Positions 37,662 to 49,079 of a DNA stretch of 64,000 nucleotides are shown here, one piece after another. This DNA is from Felis catus (lineage: Eukaryota): assembly GCF_018350175.1 (NCBI RefSeq), contig NC_058368.1, forward strand, positions 91,886,001 to 91,950,000. The letters run 5' to 3'. Below the pieces are notes generated by a model, which had not been told where the DNA came from, searched no databases, and was given only the letters and a program-made list of their open reading frames with translations. How positions within the stretch are numbered: the first letter of the stretch is position 1; every line of letters starts with the position of its first letter. The position numbers and the translations under genes were made by a program.

Positions 37662-38599
37662 TTTTCCTCTAGGATTTTTATGATTTTTTTTTTAACATGT
37701 AAGACTTTGATCCTTCTGGAATTTATCCTGACTCATGCTGAGGCACAGATCCAACTTCACTTTGTCCCAATAACCACCAGTCTTCCTAGCACCCCTCTAG
37801 TTAAACAATGCCTCTCTTCCCACGGGTTCAAGGGGACAAAGAGTAGCATAGCAGTGGTGTAGGATTGGGGCCTTTGTCCTAAGAACTGTGGGAAAATGAG
37901 GACTGGGGGATGGGAGTGCCATGATCAGATCTGCGTCTTGAAAACACCACCCTGGCCCCAGAGTGGAGACTGGGGTAGTGATATGTCTGCATATGTGAGG
38001 CCATCTCTGACCCCTGCACACCCCCCTCATTGTTAGTGGGTTTCAGCTCCTGTATCTACAGCCCTCCCTCCATCACTACTTCTGGGTAAATTCCTAGGGA
38101 GCCCTGATGCAAACATAGAAGTCCCTCACACACCCAGGCCTCCTTTGGTGAGCTGGGACTCTGGCCGACCTTGCCCCCTCCCTCCCATGGTCTTGGCCAA
38201 CGCCTCAACATCACTGGTAAATGCAACGTCCATGATGCCCCAGTTCACACAATTCACCCCAGCCCACTCCCTCATTCCCTGACCCCACATTCCTTCCATT
38301 TCACCCATCTCCCAACCCACAGATCCCACCACCTCGCCCCATTTGGCTTGAACCCCACATGTGCACTCCGGCACCTGTGCAGCAACCGTGGCTGGTGGGA
38401 AACACACGCAACCCTGTCCCCTACCCCCTGCCATGCTGGCCGGTTTGCACTTTAAATGCCAGACCACAGCTTAATGGTTGTGTGGCCCCCACACCTCCTC
38501 CACCAGCGTCACTCATGGCTGATGGCCTCGTTTCCTACTCCACTGGCAGTGGAAACAGTCAGAGGCAACTGTGGAAAATTCCACCTCCCCCCATGGGCC

Positions 38600-39732
38600 G
38601 CACACCCAGCCACACCGCACTAGGCCTTCCTGCTTGGTCTCATGGGCCAACATGCAACCGTTAGGCCTCCTGGGGGGTGAGGGGAGACATTCCCTCATCG
38701 CTCCCAGAATCCCCCATTCTCCACCATGTTGGATCTTCCCCTCACTGCCGATGACTCCCATTAAAGCAGACATACTGTCCTGTGTCTCTCATCTTGAAGA
38801 AGTGGCCCTCTCTGGACCCCGTGTCTCCAAAGCACGTGCTCTGTGCCTTTGCTCCCCTTTGCCGCTGAATTGCTTGAAAGCCTTCACTGCCCCCATTCCT
38901 CCCCTCCCTTCTCCCCAAACCATCTCCAGCCAGATGTGCACACCCATGACTCCCCCTGCCCCGGGCCCCTTGTGTGGCTAGAGCCAGCAGGCAGGTCTCA
39001 GTCTTCATTTTACTCATCTGTCCAAAGTGACAGGCACACATAGCCCCTCCTCCTCGATGCACTCTCTCCACTCAGCTTGTAGAACCTTCTTCTCTTCTTC
39101 CCAACCTCTAACTGTTGGGTTGTACAAGGCTGAGCTCCCGATCCTTCCTGCCAAACCTGCTGGACCACAGTCTCCCCACTTCTGTGGTCACTCAAGGGAC
39201 ACCTTGCTTGAGTCCTCTCTCCAGAGTCTTGAGAAATCATCTTGACTCTGCCTTCAGAATCCATCCAGAATCCAGACACTTCCACCCCTTCCACTGCCAC
39301 CAGCTGGGAGCCACCATCGCCCCTCCCTGGCATCACTGCAAGATCCTACCTTTGCCTCCCCACACAGTGTGATCCTTTTCACACCAGGATCACAAGGCAG
39401 GTCTCGTCCTGTGTCTGCACTGAGCCCTGAAGGAGCTCCCATATCAGAGAGAAGAGAAAGTCCTAGAAATGGCCAACAAGACCCTACCCAATCTACCCCT
39501 ACCCACCACCTCCCTGAAGCCACCTCCCCCTCTGCTGTCACCTCTTTGGCCTCCTTGCTGTTCCTTAAACACACCAGGCGATGGGGTACCTGGGTGGCTC
39601 AGTTGGTTAAGCATCTGACTTCAGCTCAGGTCATGATCTTGCGGTTTGTGAGTTCTAGCTTCATGTCGGGCTCTCTGCTGTCAGCACAGAGCCCACTTCA
39701 GATCTTCTGTCCCCCTCTCTCTACCCCTCCCC

Positions 39733-39782
<50 letters not shown>

Positions 39783-41420
39783 AGTAAAAAAAATAAAATA
39801 AAAACACACACACATATACACACACCAGGTGCCCTCCTGCATTGGGTGTTCCCTCTGGTAGGTACACATTTTCCCAGGAATCCACAGGAAGCCTTTGCTT
39901 AAATGTCTCCTCAGGAAGATGTCTACCCCAACCACCCTATTGAACACACCAGTCTGCACCCCGGCACTAACAGCTCCCCATTGCCCTGCCCCACTGCCTC
40001 TCTCTTTCCTTAGCACTTACCATTTTGTAGGTGATGAGCTTGTGTGTTATGTCTATGGTATCCAGCTACCTCTCTGGCTAGAAGGTAAATTCCTTAGGGC
40101 AGGGATCTTTGTCATTGTCACTGCTGTGTCCTACTGCCCAGAACAGCAGTGGTCAGTGAATGTCTGTGGAATGAATGTGGATGTCCCAGTAGATCAGGGA
40201 GGGAGAGTGTGTTGAGGGGGACTCCTCGTTGTCTGGGTCTCTAACTAGGCAGTAGGAAATGTCATCCATGGAGACTAGGAACCAGAAGAGGGGCGCTTTT
40301 GTGGGCAGAATATCATGAACGTGTCTGTGCACCTTGGCCTGAGGAATCATGAGGATTGTTCAAGGGGAAATGACAAGCAGACAGCTCGCAAAGGGAGTCT
40401 GGGCTTCTCAGGCACAGTTGGGACTAGAGTTGCCCACGTGGGACACTTCTGTCACTTCTGTCTAGTGTAGTCATGAGTGGGATGAGATTCCCAGGGAAGA
40501 CAGGAGAGAAAGGACAGATGAGCTGAGAAGACTGAAGAGAAGAAAGCCTTGCCATGAGCTCAGCAGAGCCTCTGTGTGAGACTGGGAGAGACTGAGCCAG
40601 CTGAACAACCAAGAAAGCAGGAGGAACATGACCTTTTAGAAGCCAAAGGGAGAGAGTGCTTCCAGAAGGAGGGCAGGCTCAGCAGTGTGGAAGGAGGAGG
40701 AGAAATCCTTGGTAGCAGGTGGTTAGGGACTCAGTGAGAGCCATTTTGGTGGTGAGAGGGATGGAATCCATATCAGAGGGTCACAAGGTGCGTAGAAGGC
40801 AGGGAAGGAGAGGCAGTGACAGGAGACCCCCTCTTCCCAGCAGTGAGGGGGAGGAGAGCCAGGCCGGAGCAGAGGAGGGCATGTGAGCACAGGAATTGGA
40901 GCCGTTCCAGAACCGCTGGGAAGCAGCTGATGGAGAAGGTCTGTCTGATGATGCAACAGGGAGAGAAAGGCAGTGGTGGGTGCTGGGGCCCGGGAAGGTA
41001 GGGCCAGTCAGCTCCTCTGACATAACCTCAGGGGCACGGAAAGGAGGCTGGGCACAGGTGCAAGTACATCCGTCCAGGGCATTTTCTTTCCCCGGGGAAA
41101 ATATGGCACGAGGTCCCTGGCAGAAGGTGAGAAGTCAGGTGTACAGATGTCCAGGTGGCCAATGCCCCGCCCCACCCTAGTCTGGACTTAGGGGCCACAG
41201 AGCCCCCCGTATACCATTCTTGGGTATTAGCACCATCACACATCAGTTTTTCAAGCCAAAAGCCTCTGTCTTGTCTCTCCTTTCTCTATGCCCTATGCAC
41301 CCCCCCACACACACACCCTGCCATTAAACCGATGAGCAAGTCCTGTCGGTCCCCACTGACAAGTGTCTTCTGACTCACTTCTTTCCATCTCCACAGTCAG
41401 CACACGAGTCCAGGCCACCA
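38600..41420. mobile_element. Degenerate L2 fragments in both orientations
   Basis: tggcctccttgctgttccttaaacacaccagg, tagaaggtaaattccttagggcagggatctttgtc, gaagccaaagggagagagtgcttccagaagg. Confidence 0.6.
39583..39803 (+). mobile_element. Can-SINE with long (CT)n
   Basis: Typical; TSD ending cacaccagg. Confidence 0.92.
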
Positions 41421-41959
41421 TCACCTACGTGGGGGCAACTGCCACTCTTGCCCCCTCCCACCACTGCTCCCTACAGGACCCATGAGTGCTCCTTGTCTCC
41501 CGCTACCATTCAAATCCCTGCCCCGCCCCCGCCTTCCCTTCTTTGTCACACAGCTCCTCCCCCTTCCTGTCTGAGATAATCTTCTCTCACCTTCAGGACG
41601 CAGCCTAGCCTCCAGCCCTGAATCAGCCCGGCCTGGCTGGGATACCTCTTACATGCTGGGAGCTTCCTGTGCTTCTCCCCGCATGATTGTTTTCTTAAGC
41701 ATCTATCCTTCCAAGGAAAATTCTGTGAGTCCGAGATCCTGCCTCTTACTGTTACCAGTGTGTCCCATTACTCTCTCCCAGAGGGACCCGGCTCATGGGT
41801 GGTGATCCATAAACACGCATCGGCCCACTGAGGGCCGAGTGTCACCTCCCTGTGCCGGCCTCGCTATCCAGACTGAGGTCCAGGGTCTGCAGGAAGCAGA
41901 GTAGTTGCTGGCACGGCCACAGCATGGCTTTAGTGGGAAGTACGTAGGGTTCAGGAGTT

Positions 41960-42100
41960 GGGAGAGCTCCTTCTGGGATGAGTTCCACTCCTAACCAACT
42001 GTGTGGCCTTGGACAAGTCACTTCTTTCTCCCTGAGCCTCTATGCTATCTGTCAAGTGGGGATGTTTACTGCACCTCTCGCAAAGGTCAAATGCAGTGCG
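41960..42100 (+). mobile_element. MIR
   Basis: ctgtgtggccttggacaagtcacttc...ctgagcctctatgctatctgtcaagtgggga. Confidence 0.7.
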
Positions 42101-42736
42101 GTCTGCACACCATGAGGTGAAGACACCTGTGGGTTTCACAAACATTCTCCAGGAGCCCTTATCTGCTATAAGACTGGTCTCAGCGTGCTGCACTCAGCCT
42201 TTCTGGACTCAGCCCCTTCGGCTTCCCCACACACACCCAGACCCGGCGCCCCTAACCCCAGGGCTGAACCACGGGTACCCCCTGCGTGTCCGCTCAGCCA
42301 CACACATACCTGTAACCCTTCGGAGCGCTGTGTTCCCTCTGCCCCAAATGTTTTCTCCCCTCACACGTCTCTCCCCTTCGATGGAAATGAACTGACCCCA
42401 GGTGAGCACCAAAATTGGTTCTTCAAGCAGGAACAGGTCTGACTCCTACCTGGCTTGCCAAAACCCGACCCGGGTGGGCCTCCAGCAGCGGATCAACAGC
42501 AACCTTGTGAAATGTTTGCATGAACCAATGCATGCAGGATGTCATTGCCACCCACACACCCAGCCCTGCCCCTGTGAGGGCAAAGGCGCCCCCTCTGCCC
42601 TGCCCCTTAGCTTTGGGACCTGTGAAGGCTTGCAAGGAGGGGTGGCCAGCAGCCGGCTGAGGAAGGAGCCGGCCTGGCCAAGGGGACCCTCTCTCCCTTT
42701 GACGCTGACTGGGGCTTCTCTGCTTGTGTTTTGCAG

Positions 42737-42744
42737 GTCCTCCT
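42737..42744 (+). CDS. COL23A1: 8-nt microexon (probable exon 4), phase 1-0: (G)PP
   Basis: tgcttgtgttttgcag|GTCCTCCT|gtaagt; branch-like ctgac at 42705-42709; needed to join the phase-1 upstream exon to the phase-0 downstream exon. Confidence 0.92.
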
Positions 42745-43290
42745 GTAAGTGTCCTGGATTATGCTCTCTGCTCCTGAAAGATAAGACATTTCGTTCTCTT
42801 CTGTAGCTATTTCATGAAAATAAGTTTTTTAGTTAGATGTGTTGTGTCCTTTAAAAAAAAAAAAAGAAAGAAAACTTAATCCCGGACAGGGGCCATATTT
42901 TTTTTATAATTTGTAGACAAATACAAGCACAGAATTCTGTGGGTTTGACTTGCCTTGTGAAGCATTCTGTGACCGTTTTGCCCTCCAAGAGAGCTGGCAC
43001 GATCCTGACTGCTCCTCTCGGAGTCTCTGGCTCCACTTGGTGCACAGAAATGCAAGCACCGTGCCCCTACTTTCTAAATGCTCCGCGGCATTTAATCCAT
43101 TTAAATGTTTTTGTCTCACATGCTTTGGCACAAAGGGCTCCGGAGTCAGGCAGAGATGCCAGGAAGAATGGGGTCCATTTTCCTGACTTGCCACAATGTG
43201 TTTGACCCTCTGGATCCGGCAGCTGAACACTGCCCAGCACCACTGGCCAGGGAGGGTGTTGGGTCCGAGGAGGATGCGCGGGAGGGTGGC

Positions 43291-43309
43291 CGGCCGCCAG
43301 GGGGCAGCA
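43291..43309 (+). promoter_or_regulatory. Candidate CTCF site (forward)
   Basis: CGGCCGCCAGGGGGCAGCA, close match to the CCASYAGRKGGCRS core. Confidence 0.6.
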
Positions 43310-44345
43310 AGGAGAGCAGGGGTGGGTGGTGGTCAGCACCCCGGAAATCCCTGTCCTCCTCCAAGACACGTGACTAGCGTTCCTTTGATTCATCTTGGTG
43401 GTTTTTCAGAGCCCAGTGAATCCTGACGAATCAATTCAAGGAGCACACTGAGCCAAAATGAACCTTCTAAAGGAATTCCTTTTGGATGATTAGTTTTATT
43501 TTTGACTTCCACTTACCATGATTCACGTCCCAATCGGCACCCTTCGGAATCTGGGCTTCTCCATGCATGTAGCAGCACCACGCTGAGCCAGAAAGCGAGC
43601 CAGCAAGAAATGTGTAGATTTATTGGCCACGAGCAGTTTCTCCCTGTTGAGTCATTCCTGGCTGTCACATGAGGCTAGCCTGTGCGAACTTGCTAAAGTG
43701 CGTAATGCAGAGGGCAGTGGACTGATTCTTTTTTCTTTTTCTTTTTCTTTTTTTTTTTTTTTTGACTTGGCTGTTAAACTATTAAATGTATTCAACAAAT
43801 GCAGAAATCTCAAGCTGCAGCCTGAGATGGATGCTGATGTGTGGGACACAGGCCAGACAGTCAGTGCTCTGAGCCGGTAGGGGCATCCAGTAGCAATAAA
43901 TGCCACTCCCCACCCCCCATATCTGTGGCTTCTAAGGCTGTCTTCCTCCAGTCTACTCCCTCCCAGTGGTGACAGGCAGGAAGAGCCATTTCTGCCCTTT
44001 AGTCCCGATTTAGGGAGCATTTTCCATGGTGATTGTGACACCACCCTTCAGAATCCCACATCCCCGTGTGGTCCTCACCATGTGCCCCTCCTGAATCGTG
44101 TGGGTGTGTGCCCTGGTGGCCCTTCCAACCTGGCTCCAAGAGGCAGGAAATGGGTGCTCCGTCTCCCAGACCCGCCGGAGCCCTGAGCGCGTTCCCCCCA
44201 CCCCCCAGGAGTCATTACCAACCATCAGCCTTTGCTGCAAACCCCGCACAACGTGGGGGGATCGGGGGCCCTGATTGAGTTATAAGTGTTGCCATATGGT
44301 TTTCTGCTGAAAGTCTGATTATTAATGACGTATTAATTACCACAG

Positions 44346-44372
44346 GGGCAATCAGGACGAGATGGCTACCCG
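44346..44372 (+). CDS. COL23A1: 27-nt exon (probable exon 5): GQSGRDGYP
   Basis: taccacag|GGGCAATCAGGACGAGATGGCTACCCG|gtaatt; matches recalled COL23A1 peptide. Confidence 0.95.
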
Positions 44373-46100
44373 GTAATTTGCCGTTTATTTTTTGCTCTTT
44401 GTGCCCTTTTCTCTCAAGCTGATCTTCTTCCTCTGAGCCTTTATTTAACTCTGTCTGTGCTCCTGCCCCCTCCCCCTCTTCTGCTTTCAGTGGCTGAGGT
44501 CTCTCTTTGGAGGGGATTAGCGTTAGCTCTGAGAAGGAAGGTGAGGGATGTGCAGACCTGCAGGGCTGGCCTGGTGGGAACGTCCGCTGCTCCAGCCATC
44601 CTGCAGGCAAAGCAGAGAGGCTCAAGAAGGAGCCTCCTTGGCATCCTGGATCGCCCCCCAATGCTCTTGCTTCCCAGACCATCAGCCCTGCACCGAGGGT
44701 CTAGCCCTTGGCTGTGGAGTGCCCCTTCCCCCCACCCCCACCCCGTCTCCCTCCCCCTGGCTGGCTTGGCTGCCAGCCTCTTCCCAGTGGGCAGGGGGCT
44801 GTCCTTCCCAGCCCACCGAGTCTTGTCAGCACTCAGGAACGGGAGACTGCTTGATTCCAGTTTGGTCTTTGTGGTGTCATCGCCTTCTCAGATCTTTTGA
44901 ATTAAACCTAGAAGTTGGCTTATACTTGCAGTCAACGTGCCCCGCCCAGGCTGGGTGAGTGCTGCATGAAAAGCAAAATTTGATGTAGCTATGTGGCCGT
45001 CCAGTCCTGCTCAGAGAGGTTAAGGACCACAGCCGTGGCATCCAGAAGTCCTGATGTATCAGAGCAGGGGGGTGACCTGGTGGAAGGAGAGCATGGTGGG
45101 ACCATACGGTTGGGCGACAGAGTTGTTCTGTGCCTTCAGGTCAGGAAGGTGCATGGAGGAGAATGTTGGTTGATTCAGAGGCCTCAGTAATGACCAGATC
45201 TGGCCAGAGTCTGGATGGGCTGGTGATGGAAGGTGGGGGGGGGGGTCCCCCAGTCCTGCAGGAACTACCTTCCCAGGAGGCTGTGGAGGGTAGTCCTGGC
45301 AGACCTGGGCTTATAGTGCCTCCTAGCTGGGCATCTCAAGGAGAGCAGGTAGTGGCTGGGTCAATGGGTTTTGTCCCTCTTCCCCCCTTATTGGCCCCTC
45401 TGAGCACAGGGTGACTCCCTGACTCCCTTCTCCCTGGCATAAGAGAAGATTTTGGTTGATGCATTTTTCCAGGTAAAGGACAGGAGTTCCAGACCAGCCA
45501 CCAGGTCCAGGTGGAGCCGGGGTTTGAATTCCATCTTTACCACTCGCTGATCTAAGTCTCCCTTTCCCTCCCTGTGAAGAGGGCGGTGAGGTTCAGGTGA
45601 AGTGAGGTCATGCCTGGAGCCTCCAGACACCAAAGGTGGACAGGTGACTGGGGCTGTTACAGGGCTGCCAGGGAATTCAGCCTGAAGGTTAGCATGTGAG
45701 GAGGGACTTGGTACCCAGCCTGGGCCAGAGATGGGACTCTGTGAATTGGGGGAGGGGAGGCCAGGGGATGAATGTGCTTGTAGTGTGTTAAGTTCTGAGC
45801 TTCCTGGGAAGAAAGTAGATTAGGGCCCAGCTATCCTTCCCCACTGCCTGGTCGGGCCAGGTGAAGGGTAAGGGGACCCTGTCAAAATCTCTGGTAACAT
45901 ACCCACGAGTGCGCAGGGCTGGGGCGCCCCTTTTCCTGAGGTCACCTGATGGCGGTTTGAATGCACACCGCCCTTTCCATACAGATATGAACATCTTCCC
46001 TGGCTGGGCTGGCCCTGCCTGCTGCTGCGTCCAGGGTAATCATGCTTTCAGCACCCGGAGCCAGCTCATTCCAGCTGTGTTCCTCCACACACCCTTGTTC

Positions 46101-46295
46101 TTTTTCCTTATTTTTTCAAGAGAAAGAGAGAATGCAGGGGAGGGGCAGAGAGAGAGGGAGTGAGAGAATCCCAAGCAGGCTCCACGATGTCAACACAGAG
46201 CCCAATGCAGGGCTCGAATTCACGAACCATGAGATCATGATCTGAGCTGAAATCAAGAGTCAGATGCTTAACCAACTGAGCCACCCAGGTGCCCC
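46101..46295 (-). mobile_element. Can-SINE
   Basis: Typical. Confidence 0.92.
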
Positions 46296-47309
46296 CAAGC
46301 AGCCTTGTTCTGGTGGTAACATTTGGGCAGTCCCTTCCATGAGGCCCACAGGGTAGAGGTGACACCCTGCCTCTCTTCTTCTGTAGGAGAGAAAGGACGC
46401 CCGTGCAGTCAGGAGGTGGGTGGGAGGGCCTCCTGCAGGCTCGAGAGGCCTCTGTGTTTTGGCCTGAAATTCAGATCTCTTGGCCTGTGGAGGGCCTGGC
46501 TCCCAGCCTGGGGTGTGCTTATGGAGGGTTCCACGTGTCATCCCAGAGGTTAGAGTGACTGCCACAGCTGGAGGGACCCGGGCCACCTAAGAGGCACTTT
46601 GTGTACTGAGTATCCACAAGCTTGAAGTCATTCAGACCCAACTCAGGATGCTGGCTCAGCCCTGTGACCTCGGGCAGGTACTTGGCCTCTGAGCATCTGT
46701 GGAGATGATACGTACAGAGTTGGAATATTAAAATAGGGTAACGAATGCAGCGTCCATGCAACGTGGCATACGACAGACCCTCCATAATGTCACCATCTTT
46801 CCTCACCAAGGAAAGCCTCAAGAGAAGGAAAGCCCAGCTTAGGAAATCATTCTAATCCACCAACATACACTGGCAGTGTATGGAAAATGGCTTTGAAAAC
46901 AGTCAGTTTTAGGAAAAGGTGTTTTTCTGCAGTTCAGTAAACTTCGGGACCAGCCTCAGGGAGGATCTTTTTTTGTGTGTGTTAAAAACATGTCACTTCC
47001 TAAAGGGAAGTAAGAGCAAGAAAAATATCAGGCAGGAGGGTCATGGTGGAGAGCATGCTGGCTGTGTGTTCTGGATTACTCGAGGCTGGCCCCTCCCCCT
47101 GAGTGAGACCAGCTGAAACCAGGACCATATGTGGACCTAAGAGCTGAGGTCAGGAGACTGGGGCATAGGAACCAAGGCACAGGACTGTGGGGCAGGTTGT
47201 GGACTGACAAGGGCCCAGGGTCACTTTGTGCACAGCCCCCTTACACAGAGGCCAGCCTGTCCTTGCTGCTGGGAGAGTTCGTTAATAGCTCCCTGCTGAT
47301 GACAACAGA

Positions 47310-48170
47310 AGTATGTTTGTTATAAAACTGTCCCAAAATAGAGAAAAGCACAAAAAAGGAAAAAAACGATCATCCATAATCCTACCACCCACAGATTAGT
47401 CTTCTCAATATTTTGGTGGTTGTCCTTTCAGTATTTGTTATGTGTGAGTTTGTTTTTATGTTTATTAGTCTAAAAATGGGACTACTGGACATACTTCTTT
47501 GGAGGGAGCCTGGTTTTGTTTTGGTTTTTTTCCTACTTAATATAGCATCCTTAAGATGGTATATCCACATCCTTAAGCATTCTAGGGGCGCCTGGGTGGC
47601 TCAGTTGGTTAAGCATCCGACTTCGGATCAGGTCATGATCTGGCAGTTCATGAGTTCAAGCCCCATGTCGGGCTCTGTGCTGACAGCTTAGAGTCTGGAG
47701 CCTGTTTCAGATTCTGTGTCTCCCCTCTCTCTCTGTCACCCCCACTCTGCTCACACTCTCTTTCTCTCTCTCTCTCTTGAAAATAAACATTTTTTAAAAT
47801 TAAGAAAAAAGAATTCTAGAAGGTAAGAGCTACATAGTATTTTATCATCTGTATAATTTTTTTAAGCCATCTCCAAGTTATAGTGTTTATTTGACAATCT
47901 TTTACACCTATGGTCAACATCCTGGGAAGAAACTTAGGTGTATTTCCATGATTATCTCCTTAGGAGAAATGTCTAGAAGTTGAATTGCTGGACCAAAGGG
48001 TTTGCACATGTTGAAGGCTTTTGATGTATATTGCCGGATTGGCCCCCTGGAGGCTCTTCTAATTTACATTCCCACCAACAGCTTACAAATGTTGCATATT
48101 TCCCCAAACCCTGGCCAACTGTGGGTATTATCATACTTTTAAATCTATGCCAATATGATAAGTTGAAAAA
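47310..48170 (-). mobile_element. Ancient L1ME-like 3' fragment
   Basis: ctagaagttgaattgctggaccaaaggg...aatttacattcccaccaacagc. Confidence 0.65.
47585..47810 (+). mobile_element. Can-SINE
   Basis: Typical. Confidence 0.92.
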
Positions 48171-48274
48171 AATGTGCATATATGTATCCTGTTTTAATTT
48201 AGGGTATATTTTAATGAGCAGTACATGTAGTCTTTGAGATTACACTAAGTTTAATAAAGTTTGCATAGACCTAA

Positions 48275-48306
48275 CTGCCACCTGGTGGTAGAGCTTAGAA
48301 TTGCAG
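48275..48306 (-). promoter_or_regulatory. Candidate CTCF site with upstream (U) motif (reverse)
   Basis: Minus strand reads CTGCAATTCT-AAGCT-CTACCACCAGGTGGCAG: perfect core plus TGCAAT upstream motif at the expected spacing. Confidence 0.7.
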
Positions 48307-49079
48307 GTATAGTTTAAGGAGGAAATCAACATTTTTGAGAGCTTCCAGATCCCGGTTGGTCCAGGGACATCATGGAATCAGCAGCCTAGGAGGAATTCTG
48401 AGCTTTGAACATTGTGAGTCAAAGGTGGGACCCACAGAGGAGCCCTAGGCACTTCACTCTCCTTGCATTTTGGGATAGTAACCAGCATTTATGTTAATAA
48501 AGTGACTTTTGACATCTCATACATAGGAGGCTTGACTCTGTTCAGTGAATCTGGAAGGTGTCATGCCCTGTGCTGGGTACTGGGGTGGCACAGAGATGAA
48601 TCAGATCAGTCATAGTCTTTGGAGAGATGTGGGGGGAGGGGGGACCTACACAACCAGTTTGCCATGGGATAGAGAGAAAGGAACAGTTAGTTAGGGGTCA
48701 CTGTGACTTCCTGGGTATTTCTTATCACAAGCCTTTTTTTCTCTCCAAACCGTGGCTTCTGTCCAAGATGCAAAAGGCTTGTCGTGCAAGGCTCAATCTT
48801 GCTTACACCTTGACTTTTGCACAGAAAACATCAGACTCTCACCATCTGCTAATTACAGCATCAAAACTCTTCCTCTTTGGTGTTTTGGGTTTTTTGACTC
48901 TTAACATTGAGGTTTTGTGACTTTCTGGTTTGCTTTACACCCTCCGAGTGCAACTTAAACATTTCTCGAAAAATGTGTTTTGGGTATATGTTACAGAGCT
49001 TAAGTTCCATGTATTTGAATGCATGAGGACAGCGCCAGGTTGTGAGGCTAGAGGTGCATGGAGATGATGAATTCCAGCG

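Noticed and set aside
44419..44490. LLPL...PPPP resemblance to a recalled COL13A1 non-collagenous segment
   Set aside because: Low-complexity Leu/Pro from a pyrimidine tract, at a non-equivalent gene position; treated as coincidence
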